In this document: one piece after another, positions 56,381 through 64,000 of the stretch
Position numbering within the stretch: position 1 is the stretch's first letter
Layout of the letters: the number at the start of each line of letters is the position of its first letter
NCBI GenBank assembly: GCA_963761305.1
Contig: CAVXGK010000002.1
Location: 2,656,001-2,720,000 of the forward strand
Length of the DNA: 64,000 nt
From: an uncultured Gemmatimonadaceae bacterium
Lineage (GTDB): Bacteria; Gemmatimonadota; Gemmatimonadetes; Gemmatimonadales; Gemmatimonadaceae
Reading direction: 5' to 3'
Position numbers and translations under genes: made by a program
Notes under the pieces: model-generated
Databases searched by the model: none
Told to the model about the DNA's origin: nothing
What the model saw: only the letters and a program-made list of their open reading frames with translations

Positions 56381-58170
56381 GTGCCGGTGCCGAGTGCGAC
56401 GGCGAATTCGGGATCCGCCACCCAGCGCGCCACTTCGTCGAGCGAGCGGTCACCGAATGCGTCGCGACACGCACGGCGGCGCAGCTTCCCGCTCGACGTC
56501 TTCGGCATCGTGCCGTGACGGAGCACGCTCACGGCCGAGAGCACGATGCCGTGGTGATCGACGACCGCCTCGCGCACACGTTGGATCAGTTCAGCCAGGA
56601 ACGCGTCGCAGATGGCGGTATCGTCGAGCTCCGGTGCGTGCCGGCGGTCGACTTCCACGGCAAGGGCCACTGCTTCGCCGCCTTCGCCGTCGATCGAAAA
56701 CGCAGCCGAGCATCCGGGCCTGATCGCCGCGTGCTGTCGCTCGGCGGTGCGCTCGACGTCCTGCGGGTAGTGCTTGAAGCCGCGCACGATGAGCACGTCT
56801 TTCAAGCGCCCCGCGATGAACAGCTCTCCGTCGTGCAGCGCGCCCAAGTCGCCCGTACGCAGGAACGGACCTTCACCGCCGGCGAGGCGCGCCTGGAACG
56901 TCTCTCGCGTCTCGTCGTCACGACGCCAGTAGCCGCGCGCCACGCTCGGCGACTCGACCCAGATCTCTCCGATGCGCCCGTCGGCGCATCGGAGACGCGT
57001 GTGCGGATCGACGATCAGCGCTCGTGTCCCGAACGACACCGGACCGCTCGACACGAGCGGACGCGTGCCCGAGTTCGACGCGCGCGCGATGCGGAGCCGG
57101 CCGCGCGTCAGGGCATCGGTGGAGACGTCGTGAATCACTGGCTCGTAGTGGCGCCCGCCGGTGGAGACGAGCAGCGTGGACTCGGCGAGGCCGTACACGG
57201 GATAGAACGAGCGCCATTCGAAGCCAACGCCTTGGAATCGCGCGTGAAACGCTTCGAGCGTCTCGGCGCGGATCGGTTCGGCGCCGTTGTACGCGGTGCG
57301 CCACGAGCTGAGATCCAGCGCGTCGCGTTGCGCGTCGGTGACTTTGCGAACGCAGAGATCGTAGGCGAAGTTCGGCCCGCCGCTCGTCGAAGCGCGATAA
57401 CGCGTGATCGCGCGCAGCCACCGAATCGGCCGGTGGAGGAACGACGCCGGCGCCATGAGAAATGCCGGATAGCCGCCGAAGATCGGACCGAGCACGCCCT
57501 CGATGAGTCCCATGTCATGAATCACCGGGAGCCACGACACGGATCGCGTCGAGCGGTCGCGGTCCGCGGCGCTGCTGGCGTAGGCGAGGTTGTGGAGCAG
57601 GTTCGCGTGCGACACCATGACGCCGCGCGGCGACGCCGTCGAGCCGGACGTGTACTGAAGAAACGCGAGATCGTGCGTGTCGATCGGCACGTCGTGCCAC
57701 TCGCCCGTGTCATGCTCGAACAGCGTGTCGGTGGCGAGCCACGGAATCGAGGCGAGCGCCGGCGCGTCGATCGACATGCGCGTCGCGGCGTCGGCGACGC
57801 TCGCGTTGGCGAGAACGATCGCGACGTCGGCGTCGGCGACGATGCTCAGCAAGCGCGGCAGCGTGCGCGACGCCTGTGACGGTTGCGGCGGATACGCCGG
57901 CACGGCGATCACGCCCGCGTACAGGCAGCCGAAGAACGCGGGGATGAAGTCGAGCCCGGGCGGATACAGCAGCAGGGCTCGATCGCCCGGGCTGACGCCG
58001 CGCTCGCGCAGCGCGCGGGCCACGCTTCGTGCGCGCTCGTCCAACTCGGCGTACGTGAGACGCGGACCTTCGCGCTCGCCGTCGATGAGGAACGTGAAAG
58101 CGGTGTCGCCTCCCTGCTCCGCCGCGCGGGATGCGAGCAGATCGACGAGCGTCGAATGCGGCGCGCTCAT
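56377..58170 (-). CDS. Fatty acyl-AMP ligase (FAAL)
   Basis: FLQYTSGSTASPRGV, WLPVIHDMGLI, GGPNFAY, YGLAESTL followed by a FAAL-type insertion, LRTGDLG, PKTSSGKLRR. Confidence 0.92.
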   Translation of the reverse strand: MSAPHSTLVDLLASRAAEQGGDTAFTFLIDGEREGPRLTYAELDERARSVARALRERGVSPGDRALLLYPPGLDFIPAFFGCLYAGVIAVPAYPPQPSQASRTLPRLLSIVADADVAIVLANASVADAATRMSIDAPALASIPWLATDTLFEHDTGEWHDVPIDTHDLAFLQYTSGSTASPRGVMVSHANLLHNLAYASSAADRDRSTRSVSWLPVIHDMGLIEGVLGPIFGGYPAFLMAPASFLHRPIRWLRAITRYRASTSGGPNFAYDLCVRKVTDAQRDALDLSSWRTAYNGAEPIRAETLEAFHARFQGVGFEWRSFYPVYGLAESTLLVSTGGRHYEPVIHDVSTDALTRGRLRIARASNSGTRPLVSSGPVSFGTRALIVDPHTRLRCADGRIGEIWVESPSVARGYWRRDDETRETFQARLAGGEGPFLRTGDLGALHDGELFIAGRLKDVLIVRGFKHYPQDVERTAERQHAAIRPGCSAAFSIDGEGGEAVALAVEVDRRHAPELDDTAICDAFLAELIQRVREAVVDHHGIVLSAVSVLRHGTMPKTSSGKLRRRACRDAFGDRSLDEVARWVADPEFAVALGTGT

Positions 58171-58961
58171 ACGAGCACCTCGACGGGAGCGGACGAAGGG
58201 AGCACGTCGATGGTGAGCGAGTCCGGCAGTCGGCCGGTGGATCGCATCGACTCGTGGACGCGAACGAACAGGTCGTGCACGGCGTCGCGGTTGCGTTCCA
58301 GGTCGGCGACGACCCAGTAGCTCGTATCGATCGGCGGGAGAAAGTAGACGTCGATCATACCAGGTTTGGCGTCGTATCCCATACCGGGGTTCATCTCGTT
58401 CGGGATCGCGAAGTAGATGGGCACGATCCGCGCGTGGAGACTCGTGGCGAGATGGAACGAGCCTTTGTTGAAGTGCCCGATCTCGCCGGTGGTGATGCGC
58501 ATGCCCTCGGGACTCAGATACACCGAGTCACCCGTCTCGCGAAGAATGCGGTCGGCGCGCTTGAAGATCTCGACACGCTTCGTCGGATATTCCTGCGGCA
58601 CGGTCCAGAAGATCCGGATGAGCGTGCCGATGATTCCCGTCGGCGGCATCCACTTGAGGAAGCCGCTGAGGAAGAACCGCGTGCGCGGCAGTCCCAGCGC
58701 GATCAGGACGAAGAGATCGAGCGTCGACGTGTGGTTCGAGACGTAGATCGTCTGGATGTTCGCGGGCTGCGGGGCGCCGTGCACGCGATAGCGCACGCCC
58801 CAGATGCGAAGCGCGGCTTCGCCCAACCAGCGCGCCATGACCTCGGAGTAGAATCGGCGCGCCAGAGAACACGTCGGGATCGCGACGATCAGCATGGCGA
58901 TCGCGCCGAACGTGAGGAAGATGAACGTCGCCGCGAGACGAACACGCATGCCGGAGCTCAT
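58167..58961 (-). CDS. PlsC-like lysophospholipid acyltransferase
   Basis: NHTSTLD (HxxxxD), SPEGMR, FNKGSF, IVPI; N-terminal membrane anchor. Confidence 0.9.
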   Translation of the reverse strand: MSSGMRVRLAATFIFLTFGAIAMLIVAIPTCSLARRFYSEVMARWLGEAALRIWGVRYRVHGAPQPANIQTIYVSNHTSTLDLFVLIALGLPRTRFFLSGFLKWMPPTGIIGTLIRIFWTVPQEYPTKRVEIFKRADRILRETGDSVYLSPEGMRITTGEIGHFNKGSFHLATSLHARIVPIYFAIPNEMNPGMGYDAKPGMIDVYFLPPIDTSYWVVADLERNRDAVHDLFVRVHESMRSTGRLPDSLTIDVLPSSAPVEVLV

Positions 58962-59944
58962 ACGCGTCTCCGGCAGATCACGGTCTGCATCGCGAAGTTG
59001 AGCTGCTTCTCGAACGCCAGCACGGGCGAGAACAGGATCTGGCCCAGGAAGTACGGGTAGATCGCGCGCGAGAGGTTGAGCCCTTTGCCGCGGAGCAGCT
59101 TGAAAGCCGCGCCGGCAAAGATGTAGAAAAAGGCCGGGAACGCGCCGTACGGCAGATAATCCACCACCTCGAGGCCCGCCTTGTCCATCGCCAACAGGAA
59201 TGTCGTGCGGTCGTAGAGTACCGTGTGCTGCGGCGCCTGTAGTCCGGGCCACCGATCGCCGTAAAGGCGGAACGTGGTGCTATCGAGCCTCGGCACCTCA
59301 ATGATCAGGCGGCCGTCGGGCTTCAACAGACGGCGCGCCGTGGCCAGCGTGCGCATCGGATCGTAATCGTGCTCGAGGAAGTGCCACATCGTCACGAGGT
59401 CGAAGGGCTTCTCGCCGAACTCCTGCTCGTAGAAGAGTCCACAACGAAAATCGACGCCGTCGAGCGACGGGCTCGCGCTCAGATCCTTGAAGTCCACCCC
59501 GGTCGCGCGCGCGCCGTAGCGCGAGCGCATCTTCTGGAGGAACGTGCCGACCGCGCAGCCGACGTCGAGGACGTCGCTGTGCGAGTCGAGCGCGACGTAC
59601 CGGCTGACGATCTTGTCCTTCTGCCGGTCGTGCCGGTCCATCGCCCAATTGAAGAAACCGGTGAGCACGCCCCAATCCTTCTTCTTGCGGTGCGCGATGT
59701 ACTCGTCGTCGTAGTATGACTTGATGTGCTCGACGGTGAGCCGCGGGTTCTGGTAGCGCAGGCCGCAGCGCGCGCACGTGACGAAGGTGAATCGTCCCGG
59801 TTTGCCGCTGAGATCGTCTTGGGCGGTGATGAAGGGTGAGGACTCGGAGCCGCCGCACAGATAACAGCACACGGTCTCGAACTGGCTGGCGACGGGCGCC
59901 TCGAGCGCGCGCGACGTGTCGGGCGGAATGGCAATCGCGGTCAT
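58958..59944 (-). CDS. Class I SAM-dependent methyltransferase with N-terminal Zn-ribbon
   Basis: CYLC...CARC...QNPR; VLDVGCAVG; FDLVTMWHFLEH; LKPDG..IIEVP. Confidence 0.9.
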   Translation of the reverse strand: MTAIAIPPDTSRALEAPVASQFETVCCYLCGGSESSPFITAQDDLSGKPGRFTFVTCARCGLRYQNPRLTVEHIKSYYDDEYIAHRKKKDWGVLTGFFNWAMDRHDRQKDKIVSRYVALDSHSDVLDVGCAVGTFLQKMRSRYGARATGVDFKDLSASPSLDGVDFRCGLFYEQEFGEKPFDLVTMWHFLEHDYDPMRTLATARRLLKPDGRLIIEVPRLDSTTFRLYGDRWPGLQAPQHTVLYDRTTFLLAMDKAGLEVVDYLPYGAFPAFFYIFAGAAFKLLRGKGLNLSRAIYPYFLGQILFSPVLAFEKQLNFAMQTVICRRRV

Positions 59945-60603
59945 GGGAGCTTCCCTCCGAGAAGGGTTGCGGTAGCGATGAGCATGGACACGAGCGCGCA
60001 TTCCGAGATCGCGATCCGGCGCGCGACCAGAGACGCACGGAGCGAAGGATCGTCGACGACCTCGTAGACGCAGAGAACGAGGTACAGCGCCGCGAGCGCG
60101 GCGAGCGGCGGCGCCGCCGGCGATACGGCGAAGGCCAGCGCCGGGTACTTGAGCAGCACGATGTGGCCATTGATCACGCCGCGTGTGACGACGGGTCGAA
60201 GCCGGTACCACGCGCCGAGAACGGCGACGGCCCCACCGACCACCCCGAGCCGTGCCGCGGCGCGCGGTCCAAGCGCGATGAGCGCCAACCCTGCCACGGC
60301 GAGGGCGATCGCCACCGCAATCAGCGGCGCGATCGACTCCGCGACGACCGTAACCCGGTTCGGATGCTCGCGCGCATCTCTCGAGCGATCCTCGATGTCG
60401 TCCCAGACGCGGAACGCGAGCATCAAAACGAGTCCCGTCACGGTCGCGCGCGCGAACTCGCTCACCGAGCGGCCGCCGTTCCACCCGTTCACCTGTCCAC
60501 CCGTCCACCCGTCCACCGCCGCCACAACCAGCGCCAGCGGCACGAACACGCGCAGCCGCGCGCGCTCGGCGAGGTATCGTACGATCAGCTCACGCGACGA
60601 CAT
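59941..60603 (-). CDS. UbiA-superfamily (prenyltransferase-like) membrane protein, short form
   Basis: Aspartate-rich RVWDDIEDRSRDAREHPNR motif, LLKYP, YEVVDD; several TM helices. Confidence 0.72.
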   Translation of the reverse strand: MSSRELIVRYLAERARLRVFVPLALVVAAVDGWTGGQVNGWNGGRSVSEFARATVTGLVLMLAFRVWDDIEDRSRDAREHPNRVTVVAESIAPLIAVAIALAVAGLALIALGPRAAARLGVVGGAVAVLGAWYRLRPVVTRGVINGHIVLLKYPALAFAVSPAAPPLAALAALYLVLCVYEVVDDPSLRASLVARRIAISECALVSMLIATATLLGGKLP

Positions 60604-63232
60604 GCACCTCTCCGCGATCGCCGTCCACCGTGACCGTCGTGCCGGATGGAATGCGCACCATGGCGTTCTTCACGCCCACCACGCACGGAATGCCGAACTC
60701 CCGGGCGATGATCGCGCCGTGCGACAACATCCCACCGCGCTCGATGACCAGTCCGGAAATGAGGAAGAACGCCGGCCCCCATCCGGGATCCGTCTGCTTG
60801 GTGACGAGCACGTCACCGCGCGCGAGGAGCGCCGTCTGCGTCACACTGTCGAGCACCGTCGCACGTCCGGTGACACGTCCGCCGCACGCGCTCGTCCCCG
60901 TCAACACACCGCTCGAAGTCGCCGCCGCCGATGTTTGCCAGTCCACCGGTCCATCGGTCCGCCGGTCCGCCGGCATTTCCAAGTACTCGCCTTCAGGCAG
61001 CGTGAACGAATCGGGCGGATTCGTCGCCGAGAGTCGCGCGTGATCGGTCTTGCGCGTAGCGATCAACGTGCGAGTCGCGCCGGGGAACATCGCGCTGCCG
61101 CCAGTCAGCTCGAGCAGCTCCTGCCACGTCAGGAAGAACACGTCGTCACGCTCGGCGATCGTTCCGCGGCGCGTCAGCTCGGTGCCGATCGCAAGAGCGA
61201 TTCGCCGGCACCGGCTGTAGAGCAGCGCCTGTTTGAGCCGCGCGCGTTCGCGATATCGAATCGCGGCGTGCACGCGCGGCACGAGAAGCTCGAGCAGCAT
61301 GGCGCGGGCCGTCGTGAGACGCTCGCCGACGCGCCCCGTCTCCTCCTCTCGCGCAGCAGCCTGCGCACGCAACGCATCGCGCGGCGAGTCTGCGTCGAGC
61401 CTGGCATAGGCGCGGAGCACGTCGATCAGCGGCGCCGGATCCTCCTGGAAGCTCGGCGTCGTGAGCATCAGCTCTTCGGAGCACCGAAAGCCCCAATCAT
61501 CCAGGTACCGCTGAAACGCCACGCGGAACTCGGCGTAGAGCGCGTCGACGCGAATTGCGTTCAACACCGCGTTCGGGTCCGCGTTCTCGAACAACGCGTT
61601 CAACGCGCCGTCGCGACGCACCAGTCGAGAGAGATCCCACAGTCGCAGCACCGGCTCACCGCTCACCACGTTCGGAATCGCCTTGAGCAGCGACGTGTGC
61701 GTCGCTTCGCCGAGTCCGGCGCCGCGCAGCAGGCGCTCGAGCGCGCCATAGCTGATCATCGCCGCGCCGTCGGCGAGTGAGGCATCGAGCCATTTGTGGC
61801 ACCGAATGTCGATGAAGCCGGCCAGCGTGTCGCGTAGCTCGGCAAGCGACATCGTGTCCAGAAGTGAGGGTTGTGTGCGCGCCGCGAACTCGTCCACCGA
61901 GCGCTCGAACCGCGCCACGCGACGCTCGAGCTGGACGAGAAGCGCCGTCGCTTTCGCCAGGATCACGGACACTTCGGCGATCTGCCGGACCTTGCTGCGG
62001 CGAGCAACCGGATTCGGCTCGACCTCGTTACCGTCGGCGCCGACGAACGTGTCGAAGCTCCGCGTCAGCGCGCTGCCGAAAGGTGCGAGGCGAAGCACCG
62101 AATGAATCGCCGAGAGATTGTAGTATATCCGGGCGCCGTGCACGCCGATGATGCGCTGGAACTCTGACTCCATCGCGCGCACTCGGGCGGCCGAGACGCC
62201 GCAGGCGACGGCGAGGTTGCGGAAGTAGTGCGTGTATCCCGCCGCGGCGATCGAGTACAGCAGCGGCGAAATCGGCCGCGGAAAATTCTCGTTGACGTTC
62301 GCGTTCGACCACGTGATGAGTCGTCGCGGTGACGCGACGCTCGCCGGCGGCATCGACACCGGCGCGGTGATCGGCCGCGACTGCACGACGTAGAGCGCGC
62401 CGCTCTGATCGATCGCCCATTCGACGTCCTGCGGCGCGCCGAACTCCCCTTCGAGTGCAAGGCCGGCGGCTCTGAGCTGCTCGGTCTCGCGATCACTCAG
62501 CGAACACGCAACGTGTCGATCGAGATGACGAGCCGTGCCACTCCGGCGATCGAGCGCCAGGCGGCCGGGATCCACAGCGCCGGCGACGAGCTTGTCGGCG
62601 AGACCCGGTCCGTACTCGACGAGGATCTCCCCGCTCGACGTCGTCGTGAACGACACGCCTGCTGCCCGCGCGTCGACCTGCCGCTGAATCACCACGCCCA
62701 TGCCACGCATCGGCGCGCCGCGCGCCCTCCTATAGAAGGCCGCGCGCTCCGACCACAGCGAGGCCCACACGTCGCGCACGGCTTGCTCGAGCATCGCCTG
62801 GTCGGTCACGTGCAGAATCGAGTCGAGTTGGCCGGCAAACGACTCGGCCGCTCCATCTTCCCCCACCGCCGAGCTTCGCACGACCACGGGGCCACGGGCG
62901 AGGAACGGCGCCGCATAGATCGCCAGCTGTTCTCGCAGCGTTCGGGGCAAGGCCGCGGTTCGCACGAACGACGGCCAGTCGGATGTGACGGCGCCGGCCG
63001 ACGCAACGTGAGCGTCGAGCGCGTGCACGGTGAGCACGAAGCCCTCCGGCACCGGCAATCCCGCACGCAGCATTCGGCCGAGTGCGTACGCTTTGCCACC
63101 GACGAGACTCGGATCGGCCGCCGCTACGAGCGGAGCGCAGAAAATGTTCGTGGACTCGGCCAACACGGTCGCCGGATCAGCGACGATCGGCGATGCGTCC
63201 GGCGGAGTGAGCGAGACTTCGACGGTCGTCAT
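60590..63232 (-). CDS. PEP-utilising/dikinase family phosphotransferase (rifampin phosphotransferase / PigC-like architecture)
   Basis: N-terminal ATP-grasp (VGGKA, VRSSAVGED, SFAGQ, QDVEWA, VQSRPIT), large central domain, C-terminal phospho-His swivel domain GGMLSHGAIIAREFGIP. Confidence 0.92.
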   Translation of the reverse strand: MTTVEVSLTPPDASPIVADPATVLAESTNIFCAPLVAAADPSLVGGKAYALGRMLRAGLPVPEGFVLTVHALDAHVASAGAVTSDWPSFVRTAALPRTLREQLAIYAAPFLARGPVVVRSSAVGEDGAAESFAGQLDSILHVTDQAMLEQAVRDVWASLWSERAAFYRRARGAPMRGMGVVIQRQVDARAAGVSFTTTSSGEILVEYGPGLADKLVAGAVDPGRLALDRRSGTARHLDRHVACSLSDRETEQLRAAGLALEGEFGAPQDVEWAIDQSGALYVVQSRPITAPVSMPPASVASPRRLITWSNANVNENFPRPISPLLYSIAAAGYTHYFRNLAVACGVSAARVRAMESEFQRIIGVHGARIYYNLSAIHSVLRLAPFGSALTRSFDTFVGADGNEVEPNPVARRSKVRQIAEVSVILAKATALLVQLERRVARFERSVDEFAARTQPSLLDTMSLAELRDTLAGFIDIRCHKWLDASLADGAAMISYGALERLLRGAGLGEATHTSLLKAIPNVVSGEPVLRLWDLSRLVRRDGALNALFENADPNAVLNAIRVDALYAEFRVAFQRYLDDWGFRCSEELMLTTPSFQEDPAPLIDVLRAYARLDADSPRDALRAQAAAREEETGRVGERLTTARAMLLELLVPRVHAAIRYRERARLKQALLYSRCRRIALAIGTELTRRGTIAERDDVFFLTWQELLELTGGSAMFPGATRTLIATRKTDHARLSATNPPDSFTLPEGEYLEMPADRRTDGPVDWQTSAAATSSGVLTGTSACGGRVTGRATVLDSVTQTALLARGDVLVTKQTDPGWGPAFFLISGLVIERGGMLSHGAIIAREFGIPCVVGVKNAMVRIPSGTTVTVDGDRGEVHVVA

Positions 63233-63813
63233 GCCGGTCGCGCCTTCACGCCGATCCGGTACAGCAGCACGCTGAACGCCAAGTGAATTCCCGGTCCGAT
63301 CACCAGCACGTACAGCCACAGCATCCATGGCGTCGGCACGACCAGTGACATCGCGATGAGCATTCCGAGGATGGAATCGACGCGATCGACGATGAACGTC
63401 ACCGCCGCGCCTACGCGGCCTGGCGCCGCCATCCCGGGCGCGACGTCGAACTGCCGTTTGACGAACGAATTCGGCAACTCACCGAGCATGAACCCAAGCC
63501 CGGCGACCGCGCCGAGGATCGCGTAGCCCGATGCGTCGAGTCGCCAGAGCTCACCGGCGATCGATGGCGAAACGCGTGAGACGATCGCGTGAAGCGCCGC
63601 GAACGCCGCCGCCGCCGCGGGAACCATCACGACAAACCCCCGCACCGTCTTGTTCTCGCCGAAAAGTCGCTTGCCGCGAACGTGCGCGCCGCCGTCGAGC
63701 GGCACGAGCAGACGTCGCGATGCCGGCATGCGAAGCCACGCGGAGTGCGCGAGCCCGGCGAGGATGAACGCGACCGTGAGAAACAGCGCGCACGCGAGCG
63801 GATCGAGAGTCAT
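63229..63813 (-). CDS. CDP-archaeol synthase (CarS)-like cytidylyltransferase
   Basis: PLDGG...GKRLFGENKTVRG, GELPNSFVKRQ and DRVDS correspond to the CarS-family motifs; multiple TM helices. Confidence 0.8.
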   Translation of the reverse strand: MTLDPLACALFLTVAFILAGLAHSAWLRMPASRRLLVPLDGGAHVRGKRLFGENKTVRGFVVMVPAAAAAFAALHAIVSRVSPSIAGELWRLDASGYAILGAVAGLGFMLGELPNSFVKRQFDVAPGMAAPGRVGAAVTFIVDRVDSILGMLIAMSLVVPTPWMLWLYVLVIGPGIHLAFSVLLYRIGVKARPA

Positions 63814-63821
63814 GTCGCGGC

Positions 63822-64000
63822 TCAGATGTCCGCGCCGGTCTCGAGGCGGTTGTGAAAGAGAAACAGCTCGCCTCGGAGCCCGCGTGCGCCCCGAATCCAC
63901 GCCCACAATCCGATCTCGTTTTCGGTTTCGTACCGCACCTCGCCGAGTCGATAGCCGGGCACGTAGGGGTACATGTGATGCAGTTCGTGCGCGTCTATGT
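63822..64000 (-). CDS. Membrane fatty-acid desaturase family protein, C-terminal fragment (5' end outside the window)
   Basis: Manual translation IDAHELHHMYPYVPGYRL...GADI* contains the third histidine box. Not in the supplied ORF track. Confidence 0.75.
   Translation of the reverse strand, partial: IDAHELHHMYPYVPGYRLGEVRYETENEIGLWAWIRGARGLRGELFLFHNRLETGADI

Noticed and set aside
60590..63232. Plain PEP synthase or rifampin-resistance gene
   Set aside because: It lacks the C-terminal pyruvate-binding barrel of PpsA and is embedded by overlaps in a lipid-type operon. Rifampin activity cannot be fully excluded.

Overview
A high-GC bacterial chromosomal segment, densely coding, with about 60 CDS. 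The gene content and style suggest Gemmatimonadota, which is an inference. I saw no rRNA, tRNA, CRISPR array, transposase, integrase or prophage gene. Most of the window is housekeeping or metabolic: dacB (frameshifted), gyrA, sucB-lpdA, otsA-otsB, an atypical RNase HI, thyX, an EF-G paralogue, an ECF sigma/anti-sigma pair and a DUF1800-DUF1501 pair. Two loci stand out. (1) 53711-64000 (- strand) is a translationally coupled operon running off the window edge. It encodes a desaturase, a CarS (CDP-archaeol synthase)-like protein, a PEP-utiliser/dikinase, a UbiA-like prenyltransferase, a SAM methyltransferase, an acyltransferase, a fatty acyl-AMP ligase and an ACP-thioester reductase-kinase fusion. 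It looks like an uncharacterised pathway for a fatty-alcohol-derived, possibly ether, phospholipid that combines bacterial ElbD-like parts with archaeal-type lipid enzymes. (2) 35953-39966 (+ strand) is a four-gene operon with its own promoter and terminator: two divergent Ddl-like ATP-grasp ligases, a GNAT and a KamA-type lysine 2,3-aminomutase. It probably makes an acylated beta-lysine peptide. Non-coding signals include a 6S-like long hairpin, a 1.1-kb gene-free structured region with a degenerate 21-bp array, and short 7-, 8- and 9-mer repeats, some inside coding sequences. All calls come from reading motifs by eye; no database searches were run.
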